A stretch of 64,000 bases of DNA, from positions 32,001 to 96,000 of the IMG/VR virus record IMGVR_UViG_3300042862_000198; one strand, 5' to 3'. A model generated the notes under the pieces. The model saw only the letters and a program-made list of their open reading frames with translations, searched no databases and was not told the origin of the DNA. The DNA is from a virus. Within the stretch, counting starts at the first letter, position 1, and every line of letters begins with the position of its first letter. Below, in pieces: positions 1-10,204 of this stretch. A program made the translations under genes and the position numbers.

Positions 1-659
1 TAGTTGCTGAATCTAATTTAACTTTTGATGGAAGTATACTAACAATAAATGATAGACTGTTAACTACAAGTTCTACTTACCCAAACATTGATACTCAAAA
101 TGGTCAATTGATTACACCAAGTGGTACAACCATAGCATTTAGTTGGTTATCTGATTTTATAGCATATGGTAATTTATATTCTTTATGGTATAAAGATATA
201 AACATACAAAGATTTTTTTCATTTAATAATGCCCTATCACCTACATTTTACTATGAGGGTGATGTCATTGAAGGAACCTATTATTCAGCACCAACCCTTT
301 ATAGTTTGGTTTCTTTAAGAACTGATGGTACTTGGGAGATGGCTGACCAATCAACTGCCTCATCAACAAAAATGTTAGGGATATATGTTGAATCTGCTGG
401 TTCTGGTACTATTAAAATTCTTTTAGAAGGGCATGTGCAGGTTGAAGATACAAATAATGGTTTAGCACCTTTTGTAACTGCATTAGACCACGGCCTTCCT
501 ATCTACATTAAAGGTGCTACTACTACTGGTCTATTATCCACTACATTACCTACCAAAGATTATGTACGCATCTTGGGTTATGCTTATCATCAAAGCACAG
601 ACACACCAACAATATGGATTATGAGATTTGATCCGGATAATACTTGGATTTTCGTATAA
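1..659 (+). CDS. Tail fibre-like protein, C-terminal part (5'-truncated)
   Basis: The frame of ORF 108..659 is open back to position 3 (VAESNLTFDGS..., a fibre-type motif). It ends in RFDPDNTWIFV and lies in the fibre region. Confidence 0.55.
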   Translation, partial: VAESNLTFDGSILTINDRLLTTSSTYPNIDTQNGQLITPSGTTIAFSWLSDFIAYGNLYSLWYKDINIQRFFSFNNALSPTFYYEGDVIEGTYYSAPTLYSLVSLRTDGTWEMADQSTASSTKMLGIYVESAGSGTIKILLEGHVQVEDTNNGLAPFVTALDHGLPIYIKGATTTGLLSTTLPTKDYVRILGYAYHQSTDTPTIWIMRFDPDNTWIFV

Positions 660-686
660 AATAAATAAATAAATAAAAAGGATGTT

Positions 687-989
687 ATGAACATTAATGG
701 TGTACCTATAGGAGGAGGAGGAAGTTCTACAATAAGACTAGCATCTCAAACATTAACTTCAGCAAGTTGGTCACTTGTAAGTGGATACTATACATATACA
801 TTTTCTAATACAAACATAACAGTAAATACAAGAGTAGACTTTACTCCTGATAGAGCTAGTTATCTTGAAGTAACAACTTGTGGAATGCAATCTGAAGTAA
901 CAGTAGGTGCAGGATCATGTACATTTTATTCATTATTTCCACCTCAAACAAATATATTAGGAGAAATAACTATATTCCCAACAGTATAA
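687..989 (+). CDS. Small beta-rich structural/fibre-associated protein
   Basis: 100-aa ORF with A-rich leader, Gly linker and Thr/Ser-rich beta-type sequence. Confidence 0.5.
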   Translation: MNINGVPIGGGGSSTIRLASQTLTSASWSLVSGYYTYTFSNTNITVNTRVDFTPDRASYLEVTTCGMQSEVTVGAGSCTFYSLFPPQTNILGEITIFPTV

Positions 990-991
990 CC

Positions 992-3193
992 ATGGCATTT
1001 AACTTACCATTACAAAATTATTTTAGTAGAACAACAGGTCCAGCAGTATATTCAAGACCTGCATGTTGGCCTGTAATTACAGATGTAGCTACAGAAGTAC
1101 AATTTTTATTTTGTGATCTTGGAGATGCAGCATGTCAAATTAGAACAACATTTACAAGAACATCAGGCACCCAAAATATAACTATAGATTGGGGAGATGG
1201 ATTTACTAGTACAGTTACAAATACTTTTTCAACAGATACTACTCATACATATACTCCAGGAACAGGAACACCTTGTCCATCTTTAGGTTACACAACATTT
1301 AAAATTAGAGTTTATTTTACAGGAACTGGAGTATCAGTTTTAAATAACTGTAATATAATGGCTATTCTAAATACTGCTAGTACTGCAGTTGGTAGTCCTC
1401 AAATTTGTCATGTATTAGAAGCATATTATGGAAATAGCACACAAAATGCAACTCCTGTTAATTTTTATTCAATCATAGGTAGTTCTTGTTTATCTATATA
1501 TAGCAATTTACAATTTGTAAAATTACCAGCAACAGTATCTTGGACAACATGGACTACAACTTTTAGTTATTGCTTTTCCTTACTTAAAGTTGTTATGCCA
1601 ACTTCTAATTCTGCTGTAACTTCATATGCAAGTGCATTTCAAAATTGTTGGAATTTACTAGAAATTATACTTCCTTCTAATTCAACAGGTATTCAAAATA
1701 TGAATGCCTCATTTATTGGTTGTAGTAACTTAAGATCTGTTACTCTTCCAACTACAATGAATTCTTGTACTGATTTGGGTAATTGTTTTTTTAACTGTAC
1801 TAATTTGAGATCTGTTACATTACCCTCTATTAATGCTTGTAATAACTTACAATTTACATTTTACACTTGCATGCAATTAGAATGGGTAAAATTTACAAGT
1901 ATGCCAACGGTAGGAGCTAATATGCAAAATTGTTTTCAAGACTCCGTAAATTTACAAACTGTATATTTCCCTGCTACAGTATCAAATCCTTTATCCCTGT
2001 ATTCTTTAAACAGTGCATTTAATAGTTGTCGTCAATTAAAAAACATTGTTTTACCATCAAATATGAATGTTAGTACGTTTGAGAGTGCTTTTAATAGTTG
2101 TACTTCATTAACATCTTGTATATTACCTGCAACTTCTCCAGGTTGTGGAGCATATAACAATATATTCTTAGCATGTGTTTCTTTACTTAAAATTACATTA
2201 CCTGCAGCACCAACAGCTGCTGTTACTTTTCAATCTGCGTTTAATGGTTGCATAAAATTACAAGAAGTTACAATTCCTTCTGGATATATACTTAATAATT
2301 TTAATCAAACATTTCTTAATTGTTTTAGTTTAAAAACAATATCATGGACCCCAGGTGCTCAAAATTCAATATCAGGAATGCAATTAACATTTGTTAATTG
2401 TTATCTATTAACAAGTTTTACAATGCCTACTTCTATGAATGCTTTAACAACTCTTTCATCTGCATTTAGTGGTGCAAGGTCTTTATCAAGTTTAACATTT
2501 CCTTCAAGTTTAAATGCTGTTACTACAATGGCAAATTGTTTTTCTGGTAATACAGGACTTACATCTGTTACTTTACCTACTTCAATGTCTGCATGTACTA
2601 ACTTTAGTGGTACTTTTAATAGTTGTATCTTACTTACCAACATTACTTTACCAAATACTGTAGGAGCAGTTACAACATTTAATGGATGTTTTTCCGGTTG
2701 TAATAGTCTTAAAACTTGTGTTTTACCTGGAGCTGCTCAGTTGTCTTTAGTAAATGACATTAATGCAATGATTCAAGGGTGTTCTGATTTGGTTACACTT
2801 ACAAACTTTGATAAAATTGGGTCTTTAACTGCAACACCTTTAATGTCTGCCGCTACTTTTAATAGCAATAGATTTAAAGGTGGATCAGCAATTTCATTTT
2901 ATGGACCATTAAGTTTACTTCAATTAAATGGATTAAACGTTAAAACAGATACACAAGCAGTAAGACTTTTAAATACTTCAGCAGGACAATGGACAGGAGG
3001 ATCTCCTCAAATAAATGTATCTTTTACTAATATGAGTACAGCACAAATAGTACAATTATTTAATGATATGGCACTTCAAGGAACTCAAGCAACAACAAAA
3101 ACAATTAATATAACTGGAGCAACAGGAGCAGCAGCTTTAACTACAGCAGATAGATTAATAGTAACATCAAAAAATTGGACAATAATAGGATAA
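992..3193 (+). CDS. BspA-type leucine-rich repeat protein with PKD-like (IDWGDG) N-terminal domain; putative adhesin/receptor-binding protein
   Basis: About 20 repeats of F.xC.xL.xx.LP. Start moved to the in-frame ATG at 992 (MAFNLPLQ), just after the upstream stop at 989. Confidence 0.75.
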   Translation: MAFNLPLQNYFSRTTGPAVYSRPACWPVITDVATEVQFLFCDLGDAACQIRTTFTRTSGTQNITIDWGDGFTSTVTNTFSTDTTHTYTPGTGTPCPSLGYTTFKIRVYFTGTGVSVLNNCNIMAILNTASTAVGSPQICHVLEAYYGNSTQNATPVNFYSIIGSSCLSIYSNLQFVKLPATVSWTTWTTTFSYCFSLLKVVMPTSNSAVTSYASAFQNCWNLLEIILPSNSTGIQNMNASFIGCSNLRSVTLPTTMNSCTDLGNCFFNCTNLRSVTLPSINACNNLQFTFYTCMQLEWVKFTSMPTVGANMQNCFQDSVNLQTVYFPATVSNPLSLYSLNSAFNSCRQLKNIVLPSNMNVSTFESAFNSCTSLTSCILPATSPGCGAYNNIFLACVSLLKITLPAAPTAAVTFQSAFNGCIKLQEVTIPSGYILNNFNQTFLNCFSLKTISWTPGAQNSISGMQLTFVNCYLLTSFTMPTSMNALTTLSSAFSGARSLSSLTFPSSLNAVTTMANCFSGNTGLTSVTLPTSMSACTNFSGTFNSCILLTNITLPNTVGAVTTFNGCFSGCNSLKTCVLPGAAQLSLVNDINAMIQGCSDLVTLTNFDKIGSLTATPLMSAATFNSNRFKGGSAISFYGPLSLLQLNGLNVKTDTQAVRLLNTSAGQWTGGSPQINVSFTNMSTAQIVQLFNDMALQGTQATTKTINITGATGAAALTTADRLIVTSKNWTIIG

Positions 3194-3195
3194 TT

Positions 3196-3405
3196 ATGGA
3201 AGATACATCAGGATTTTATAAATTAGAAGATAATAATTGGCAGTATGCACCTAACTTTGTATATGGTCCAAATTATGAATTAGTTAGAAATAATAAAGAT
3301 TCTTATACATATCCTGTAGAAGGATGGACTTGGTATGATAAATCACCTATAGAAGAATCATTTATAGAAGAAGCAGTTATAATAGAAGACTTAAATAGTT
3401 TATAA
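3196..3405 (+). CDS. Small hypothetical protein (possible fibre chaperone)
   Basis: MEDTSGFYK...YPVEGWTWY. The in-frame ATG at 3196 follows the LRR gene stop. Confidence 0.55.
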   Translation: MEDTSGFYKLEDNNWQYAPNFVYGPNYELVRNNKDSYTYPVEGWTWYDKSPIEESFIEEAVIIEDLNSL

Positions 3406-3428
3406 CATTAAAGTATAAATAAATTTAT

Positions 3429-3436
3429 TACATTTG
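3429..3436 (+). promoter_or_regulatory. Bacteroidota sigma-A -7 element (TAnnTTTG)
   Basis: TACATTTG in the intergenic gap, 18 nt before ATG 3455. Confidence 0.5.
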
Positions 3437-3454
3437 TAATAAAATATACAGAAA

Positions 3455-5680
3455 ATGAATAATCTATGTCAACTTGCCCTTCAAAAAGGAGGTTCTTTAA
3501 ATTACTTAATGTTACCAGCTACTATAACAGAAGGGTTAGGTTTAACTAATCCTTCTATTTTTATACATAAGGGGCATTATTTTCTTAATCTTAGACATGT
3601 TAAATATGCATTATATCATAGTGAAGGAGAACAAAAATTTCAATCTTCATGGGGACCATTAGCATATCTTAACCCAGAAGATGATCTTACTCTTAAAACA
3701 ATTAATTATTTATGTGAATTAGATCCTAATACATTAGTTATTAATAAGTATCAAAAAATAGATACTTCTAAATTAGATGTTAAACCTATTTGGCAATTTA
3801 TTGGTCTTGAAGATGCAAGAGTAGTATATTGGGATAATAGTTTATTTATTACAGGAGTTAGAAGAGATACAACTACTAATGGAGAAGGTAGAATGGAACT
3901 TTCTACAATAGATAATAAAAATAAAGAAACTAAAAGAATTAGAATTGAACCACCTACAAAAGGTTCTTATTGTGAAAAAAACTGGATGCCTATTCTTGAT
4001 TTACCATATCATTATGTTAAATGGACTAATCCTACTGAAGTAGTTAAAGTAGATCCTATTAAAGGTATTTCTGAAACAGTTTTTTTAGTAGAACAAAAAA
4101 TAAAATTTCCAAGAGATATTAGAGGTGGTTCACAAGTTATTACAATTGGAAATTATTATGTTGCTGTAACACATGAAGTAGACCTTTGGTATAATGAACA
4201 AAAAAATAAAGATTCTCACTATTACCATAGATTTATTATATGGGATAAAAAATGGAATATTGTTGCTTATTCTTCTGAATTAAAATTTATGACAGGAGCA
4301 ATTGAATTTACTTGTGGTTTAGCTTTTGATGGTAATAATATTATATTACCATTTGGATTTCAAGATTCTACAGCTTTTATTCTTAAATTTCCTATTAATC
4401 TTTTAGAAACATTATGTAATTTAAAACTTGTAAAACCTAAAATAAAAAAATCATTAATATCGGTTACTCCAAAAAAATTAGAAAACTTTATTTATCAACC
4501 ATATAATGAAGATATTACATTTGAATTAGGAGAATATTATTTTTTAAATGGTCATTATGCATCTGCAATGTCTTTTTATTTAAGAACAGCAGAATACTCA
4601 AAAAATTCAAATAAAACATATGAAGCATTATTAATGACTGCTAAATGTTTATCTAATATTAAAAGAAGAGAAGTTACTGAATTAGGGTTATGGCTTAATG
4701 CACTTAACTTTGATACAGAAAGACCGGAAGCATATTTATTTATAAGTGTATATTATGAAAAACAAAAAAAATATAATCAAATGTATAGTTATGCTATATT
4801 AGGATTAAAATATTATGCAAATGCTAAACCAGTAACTTCTAATCTAGGATATGAAGGTAGCTATCAACTTAATTTTCAAAAAGCAGTTTCTGCTTGGTGG
4901 ATTGGTAAATCAAAAGAATCTAAAGATGAGTTTATTAAATTACTTAATAAAAGTACAGAATTAAGTGAAACATACCAAAAAATGGTACGATCTAATATTA
5001 CATTTTTAGATTCTGGACCATATCCTTTTTTAAGATATTACAAAGGATTTTATGATCAGTTAAGATATAAGTTCCCAGGATCAGAGTCTATTGAAAAAAA
5101 CTTTTCTCAAACATATCAAGATATGTTTGCATTATCTATGGTTAATGGTAAAAGAAATGGAACATACTTTGAAATTGGTGCAGCAGATCCATTTCATGGA
5201 AATAATACAGCTCTTTTAGAACAATTTGGATGGACAGGTACTTCATTAGAAATTTTACCACATGAAGTTGAAAAATTTAAATTACACAGAAAAAATGAGA
5301 TTATATTATGTGATGCTACAAAGTTTGATTACTCTATACTTAAAGGTCATATTGACTACTTACAAGTTGATTGTGAACCACCAGAAACTACTTATAAGAT
5401 ACTTACAATGTTACCTTGGGATCAATGTACTTTTGGAGTAATTACATATGAGCATGACTACTATACAGATGTAACACAATCATTTAGAAAAAAGTCTAGA
5501 GAATTTTTATTAAGTAAAGGTTATATGCTAATAGCAAGTAATATATCTCCAAATGATGATTGTCCTTATGAAGACTGGTGGGTACATCCAAAACATATAG
5601 ATAAAGATATAATTAAAAAAATGTTGGCAGATAATGATTCAACTAAAAATGCAGAAAAATATATGTTTGGAAAGTTGTAA
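3455..5680 (+). CDS. Fusion protein: beta-propeller glycosidase/glycosyltransferase-like domain, TPR region and FkbM-like SAM methyltransferase
   Basis: GLEDARV and EKNWMP propeller motifs; TPR-like helices (ELGEYY..A...Y); C-terminal SQ..QD, YFEIGAAD..GNNT, IDYLQVDCE, ITYEHD, YEDWWV. Confidence 0.7.
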   Translation: MNNLCQLALQKGGSLNYLMLPATITEGLGLTNPSIFIHKGHYFLNLRHVKYALYHSEGEQKFQSSWGPLAYLNPEDDLTLKTINYLCELDPNTLVINKYQKIDTSKLDVKPIWQFIGLEDARVVYWDNSLFITGVRRDTTTNGEGRMELSTIDNKNKETKRIRIEPPTKGSYCEKNWMPILDLPYHYVKWTNPTEVVKVDPIKGISETVFLVEQKIKFPRDIRGGSQVITIGNYYVAVTHEVDLWYNEQKNKDSHYYHRFIIWDKKWNIVAYSSELKFMTGAIEFTCGLAFDGNNIILPFGFQDSTAFILKFPINLLETLCNLKLVKPKIKKSLISVTPKKLENFIYQPYNEDITFELGEYYFLNGHYASAMSFYLRTAEYSKNSNKTYEALLMTAKCLSNIKRREVTELGLWLNALNFDTERPEAYLFISVYYEKQKKYNQMYSYAILGLKYYANAKPVTSNLGYEGSYQLNFQKAVSAWWIGKSKESKDEFIKLLNKSTELSETYQKMVRSNITFLDSGPYPFLRYYKGFYDQLRYKFPGSESIEKNFSQTYQDMFALSMVNGKRNGTYFEIGAADPFHGNNTALLEQFGWTGTSLEILPHEVEKFKLHRKNEIILCDATKFDYSILKGHIDYLQVDCEPPETTYKILTMLPWDQCTFGVITYEHDYYTDVTQSFRKKSREFLLSKGYMLIASNISPNDDCPYEDWWVHPKHIDKDIIKKMLADNDSTKNAEKYMFGKL

Positions 5681-5726
5681 ATTTTTTTGTATATTATAGA
5701 TATAACATCATTTAATATATAAAACT

Positions 5727-6203
5727 ATGTCAGTAGGAAATTTAAAAACAGATGGTCAAAAAGGAAATAACTTTCCTTGGCAATTAAAAATGCTAAAAGG
5801 ATTACAAGGTATTATTAATGCTATTGCTTCATCAACTAATATAAATATTATAGGGCCATTAGGACAAAGAGCTTGTAGTGATTCAGTTTCTACAACTTTG
5901 TGTGATAATCAAGCTAATGTACCAATTTTGCCAGGTATAAATACAGTTACTGGACTTAAAAATATGGCCTTTTATACTGGAGGAAGTGCAAAATTATTAA
6001 CACTATCAATTTATAATCAAGACACTACTGTTTCTATTTTAGTAAGTACAGATAATGGTGTTACTTATGTTTCTGTTCCTAAAGGTGTAACAATTAATTA
6101 TGATGCCGCAGGATTACTAAATTATTTTAATCCAAGTAGAATATACATTAATCAAAATTCAGCTACATTAAATCCACTTATTATTTATACATATACATTA
6201 TAA
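5727..6203 (+). CDS. Hypothetical (probable virion) protein
   Basis: 158-aa ORF with a good leader; TAATG coupling to the next gene. Confidence 0.6.
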   Translation: MSVGNLKTDGQKGNNFPWQLKMLKGLQGIINAIASSTNINIIGPLGQRACSDSVSTTLCDNQANVPILPGINTVTGLKNMAFYTGGSAKLLTLSIYNQDTTVSILVSTDNGVTYVSVPKGVTINYDAAGLLNYFNPSRIYINQNSATLNPLIIYTYTL

Positions 6204-6391
6204 TGTCTACAAGTATTAATACTAATAAAGTTCTTGGTAGTACAAGTGGCACATCAATAATAACAGATGGAGGGGGGGATGTAGTTACTAGCATTGTTGA
6301 TTCTTTTAAGACAAGGGTATTAGCTGATGGAGGTGTGTTCGAGGCTGAACCTTGTATACTAGCTCAATTAACACTTTTAAATAATATATAA
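6203..6391 (+). CDS. Small hypothetical protein
   Basis: 62 aa, F..RV.ADGG..E motif, TAATG-coupled on both sides. Confidence 0.55.
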   Translation: MSTSINTNKVLGSTSGTSIITDGGGDVVTSIVDSFKTRVLADGGVFEAEPCILAQLTLLNNI

Positions 6392-7584
6392 TGAGTTTAT
6401 TAACAGATGCAAGTTTAATTGTAACACCCAACGCTTATAAGGCAAGCAAGTTATATTCTGTTATTCCAAACACAGTTTTGGGCGATATGAATATTGTAAG
6501 AGCAACAACAGCTACAAGGGTAAATAGTGCAGGACTTATAGAAAGTGTTGCTATCAATGTTCCACGTTTAGATTATACATTAGGTAGTTGTCCAAGTATA
6601 TTGGTAGAGCCGCAGAGGACTAATTTAGTTTTATATAGTGAGCAGTTTAATAATGCAGCTTGGGATAAAGGAATAGGAGGAAGTATTTCAGCTAATTCAG
6701 TTATTTCACCAAGTGGAACTTTAACTGCAGATGCTTATACTTGGGCATCTTCAACAGTTTCATTTGCTTATTTATCACAAACTGTAGCAGCAATATCTCA
6801 AATTTCAAATACATTTTCTATATGGTTAAAAAGACCACTTGGTTCAGGAAGTCGTACAATAAGGCTTAATATTAGTGATCTATTTATTTCAACTGCACCT
6901 TCTTCTACTTTTACAGTTACAGAAACTTGGCAACGTTTTGAATTTACAAGAGCAAGTCCAAACACTACAGGAAATGTTGGGGTTGGACTTATATTTGGTA
7001 CATCAGGTACTCCTATTGCAGCAGGAGAAATCCTTGATGTATGGGGAGCTCAACTCGAAGCAGGCTCATCCCCAACATCCTATATTTCAACAACAGCAGC
7101 TACAGTAACACGAAATGCTGATGTAATTAGTAAGACAGGAATAAGTAGTTTGATAGGGCAGACTCAAGGGACTATCTATGCTGAAATCAATAATACTTTA
7201 ATGACATCTTATTCAACAGGTTATGTTATGAGAATATTTGCAGATGCTAATAATGAAGTATGGATAAGAAAAGAAGCAGGTTCAAATAAATATACTGCAA
7301 AATGGAGAGCTAATAGTGTAGATGTTTATACTCAATCAAATATATCTGTTTTAAATGGAAATAATAAGATTGCTATTGCATACAAAACAGGTGATTCAGC
7401 TGTATACTTAAATGGTACACAAATAGCAACAAGTGCAAGTACAGGAGCTTTTTCTGTAGCACCGAGTCAAATTGGTATAGGCTCTTCAAGTACTGCTGAT
7501 TTCTTTAATGACAGAATTGAATTAGCTACTCTATTCCCTACAAGATTAACGAATGCACAATTAGCAACCTTAACAACTCTATAA
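6391..7584 (+). CDS. Head-spike/fibre-like protein with carbohydrate-binding and LamG-like domains
   Basis: RATTATRVN.AG, PRLDY, ILVEPQRTNL, WGAQLEAG..PTSYI.T...VTR.AD motifs typical of phage spike fibres. Confidence 0.65.
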   Translation: MSLLTDASLIVTPNAYKASKLYSVIPNTVLGDMNIVRATTATRVNSAGLIESVAINVPRLDYTLGSCPSILVEPQRTNLVLYSEQFNNAAWDKGIGGSISANSVISPSGTLTADAYTWASSTVSFAYLSQTVAAISQISNTFSIWLKRPLGSGSRTIRLNISDLFISTAPSSTFTVTETWQRFEFTRASPNTTGNVGVGLIFGTSGTPIAAGEILDVWGAQLEAGSSPTSYISTTAATVTRNADVISKTGISSLIGQTQGTIYAEINNTLMTSYSTGYVMRIFADANNEVWIRKEAGSNKYTAKWRANSVDVYTQSNISVLNGNNKIAIAYKTGDSAVYLNGTQIATSASTGAFSVAPSQIGIGSSSTADFFNDRIELATLFPTRLTNAQLATLTTL

Positions 7585-7862
7585 TGAACATCTACAAACT
7601 CAAATACATAACTAAAGCAGATGCTGAAAAAGACCTACAAAAAAAAGGAATCCTTGACTATTGTGAGGGTGTCCACGCAGTAGTTGAGATAGGTAAAATT
7701 ATCACTACTGATGGCATTTATGATGAAGAAGGCAATGAACTTAATGCTCCTGTATATGCTGATGGCTACCATTACGATGTGATGTGTGAGCAAGACATAG
7801 ATTTTGGAAGTAACTCAATAGAAGTAAACAACCCAAAACACGTTTTTTTAGGACATAATTAA
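7584..7862 (+). CDS. Small protein associated with the spike gene
   Basis: 92 aa, coupled to the upstream gene, ends in V.NPKH.F.G. Confidence 0.55.
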   Translation: MNIYKLKYITKADAEKDLQKKGILDYCEGVHAVVEIGKIITTDGIYDEEGNELNAPVYADGYHYDVMCEQDIDFGSNSIEVNNPKHVFLGHN

Positions 7863-7880
7863 AATTATTATATTATATAT

Positions 7881-8369
7881 ATGAAATATTTATTATATTT
7901 ATTGTTAATTATTTTAGTTAGTTCTTGTTCTCTTGAAAAAAGATTAGCAAAGTATTGTCCACTATGTGTACAAAAAGATAGTACAGTAACTATAATACAA
8001 ATCAAAGATACTACAATTGTAATACCTGGAGAAACTATAACCTTAATTGACACTTTATATTGTGATTCATTAGGTAATATTATATCTAAACTAAAAGAAG
8101 ACTTAAGAGATAAAGATGGTACTTTAGTTAGTGTGCAAACTAAGATTAAAGATAATGTGTATTACACAAAAGCTAAAGTTCATACAATCTATAAAACAAT
8201 TAAAGGTAATGATGTCTATCATACCAGAGTTGTTACCAAAACTTTAAAACCAGAAAAAATTAAATACATTCCATGGTGGGTAAATTTCTTTGCTGTACTA
8301 GGGGTAATACTATTTATTATACTACTTGTATACTTTGGTTACAAGCTGATTAAACTTTATTTATTATGA
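7881..8369 (+). CDS. Putative unimolecular spanin (u-spanin)
   Basis: N-terminal lipoprotein signal (LLLIILVSS-C), beta-rich middle and C-terminal TM helix (WWVNFFAVLGVILFIILLVYFGY), adjacent to the holin. Confidence 0.7.
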   Translation: MKYLLYLLLIILVSSCSLEKRLAKYCPLCVQKDSTVTIIQIKDTTIVIPGETITLIDTLYCDSLGNIISKLKEDLRDKDGTLVSVQTKIKDNVYYTKAKVHTIYKTIKGNDVYHTRVVTKTLKPEKIKYIPWWVNFFAVLGVILFIILLVYFGYKLIKLYLL

Positions 8370-8833
8370 AAACACAATTATCACTATTACTAATATCTAT
8401 ACAACAAGAACTTTTGACTTTAATATCTATTTGCCTTGCATTCTTTTTACCAATCTCAGGAATACTGCTAATGATTGGAGTATTAATAGCTATTGATACT
8501 TTTACAGGGATATGGAAAGCTAATAAGTTAAATGAAAAAATTACTAGTAGAAAACTATCAAGTATAATTAGCAAATTAGCACTTTATGAGGTAACTGTAA
8601 TTATGTTTTTTCTTATAGACAAATTTATTCTTAATGATATCATACTAACTTTTTTTAGTGTACCATTTATGTTAACTAAAGTAGTAGCATTGGTCCTAGC
8701 TAGTATAGAAGTAATGAGTATTAATGAGAACTACAAAGTAGTAAAAGGCATAGACTTATGGCAATCAATGAAGTTATTATTTGCTAGAGCTAAGGATATT
8801 AAAGATGATATAACTAAAATAAACAAAAAATGA
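8366..8833 (+). CDS. Holin (phage holin 4-like)
   Basis: Three to four hydrophobic helices, D..TG..KA, ITSRKL and E..SI.EN motifs, basic C-terminus. Confidence 0.8.
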   Translation: MKTQLSLLLISIQQELLTLISICLAFFLPISGILLMIGVLIAIDTFTGIWKANKLNEKITSRKLSSIISKLALYEVTVIMFFLIDKFILNDIILTFFSVPFMLTKVVALVLASIEVMSINENYKVVKGIDLWQSMKLLFARAKDIKDDITKINKK

Positions 8834-9429
8834 CTACTAAAGAACAAAGATTACAAGAATTAACTAATATTGCTCCAACAGTATCAGTCAAAATGGATAT
8901 GGAATGGTTAAGTTCAACTACTAATACTGCAGATTTTCAGATCCGGTTAACAAATACTGGAACAACAGTAGTTAAATTAAATGCTTTAATTATACGTGGT
9001 GTACATGCTCCAAAGTTAACAACAGGAGCAATAACCTGGAAAGCACTAAATGACAATACTGATCCGGCATGGTTAGGTTGGCCTAAAGTAACAACTAACT
9101 TACCGTATATCTCAGGACAAAGAAAATTAAATTTTTCTTCAGCAACAAATATCTTTACCAATGAGACAGCTCCTATTATACCTACTGACAAAGGAGTAGT
9201 AGTTGGAACTTTTAGGATTTCTACAACAACAACATGGAATCCAAATACTGACTTTAAATTTGTATGGGAAATGACAACAGGGGGAGTAGTAGGTTATGTA
9301 AATTTTGAAACACAATCTTCAACTTCATTACTACCAGTTGGTTTTATGCATTATGGACCAACAACATCTAATTCAATAGGTAAATGCTTAACAGTAACAG
9401 CACCAAGTACACAACCTTTAAGTAAATAA
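8830..9429 (+). CDS. Hypothetical beta-sandwich protein inside the lysis cassette
   Basis: 199 aa, ATGA overlap with the holin, FQIRLTNTG strand motif. Confidence 0.55.
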   Translation: MTTKEQRLQELTNIAPTVSVKMDMEWLSSTTNTADFQIRLTNTGTTVVKLNALIIRGVHAPKLTTGAITWKALNDNTDPAWLGWPKVTTNLPYISGQRKLNFSSATNIFTNETAPIIPTDKGVVVGTFRISTTTTWNPNTDFKFVWEMTTGGVVGYVNFETQSSTSLLPVGFMHYGPTTSNSIGKCLTVTAPSTQPLSK

Positions 9430-9435
9430 AGTTAA

Positions 9436-10029
9436 ATGTTATATACTAGAGAACAAATAGAAAAAGCAGTAAAAGAAAAAGGATACACTTATTTTAAAGG
9501 TCCTGGAAACTATGATGTTAATATAGTAGGAGTAAGAAACTCTGATACTGGTAAAACAGTAACTAATCTATTTGATGATAAGATAACTCTATCTTATAAG
9601 TTAGATGGAGTATGGCAGTATCATGAATGGGACAACACAACTGAGCCCGGTAAAAAAGGAGTTACACAATATCACAATGCTAATGGTGTAGCTAGATTAG
9701 TACCAGGACAATATAGAGGAGTATATGCCATATCTAAGCACCAAGGAAAGTATGAAGCTCTGTGCCAAAGACTAGGTAATGTGACTGTATGGAGAGATAA
9801 AAATAAAAACATGACCTTTGATGAAGTTGAAACAGATACAGGAATGTTTGGTATAAATATACACAAGGCAGGTTCAGTATCAAACTTTGTAGAGAATTGG
9901 TCAGAAGGATGTCAAGTATTTAAAAGATCAAAAGATTTTGATGCGTTCATGAAAATAATAAATAAAGCAAAAGACTTTTATGGTAATCATTTTACATATA
10001 CTTTACTAGAAAGTAAAGATATTAAATAA
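9436..10029 (+). CDS. Putative endolysin with YkuD/L,D-transpeptidase-like Cys-His site
   Basis: GINIHKAG...NWSEGCQV motif; located in the holin/spanin cassette. Confidence 0.6.
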   Translation: MLYTREQIEKAVKEKGYTYFKGPGNYDVNIVGVRNSDTGKTVTNLFDDKITLSYKLDGVWQYHEWDNTTEPGKKGVTQYHNANGVARLVPGQYRGVYAISKHQGKYEALCQRLGNVTVWRDKNKNMTFDEVETDTGMFGINIHKAGSVSNFVENWSEGCQVFKRSKDFDAFMKIINKAKDFYGNHFTYTLLESKDIK

Positions 10030-10043
10030 TTAAACAAACAATT

Positions 10044-10202
10044 ATGAAATTTAGAAACAACTGGAAATCAGCAAGAAAACAATGGGATAAGATATCTATA
10101 AGACTTAGATTATCTTCAGTAGATGTATTTACTTTAGAGATAGATATCTATAGAGAATTTTACATGCTAACAATATTAAACTTAACTATTAAAAACAGAT
10201 AA
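10044..10202 (+). CDS. Small hypothetical protein (52 aa, missing from ORF track)
   Basis: MKFRNNWKSARKQWDKISIRLRLSSVDVFTLEIDIYREFYMLTILNLTIKNR*; fills the gap and has an A-rich leader. Confidence 0.55.
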   Translation: MKFRNNWKSARKQWDKISIRLRLSSVDVFTLEIDIYREFYMLTILNLTIKNR

Positions 10203-10204
10203 TC

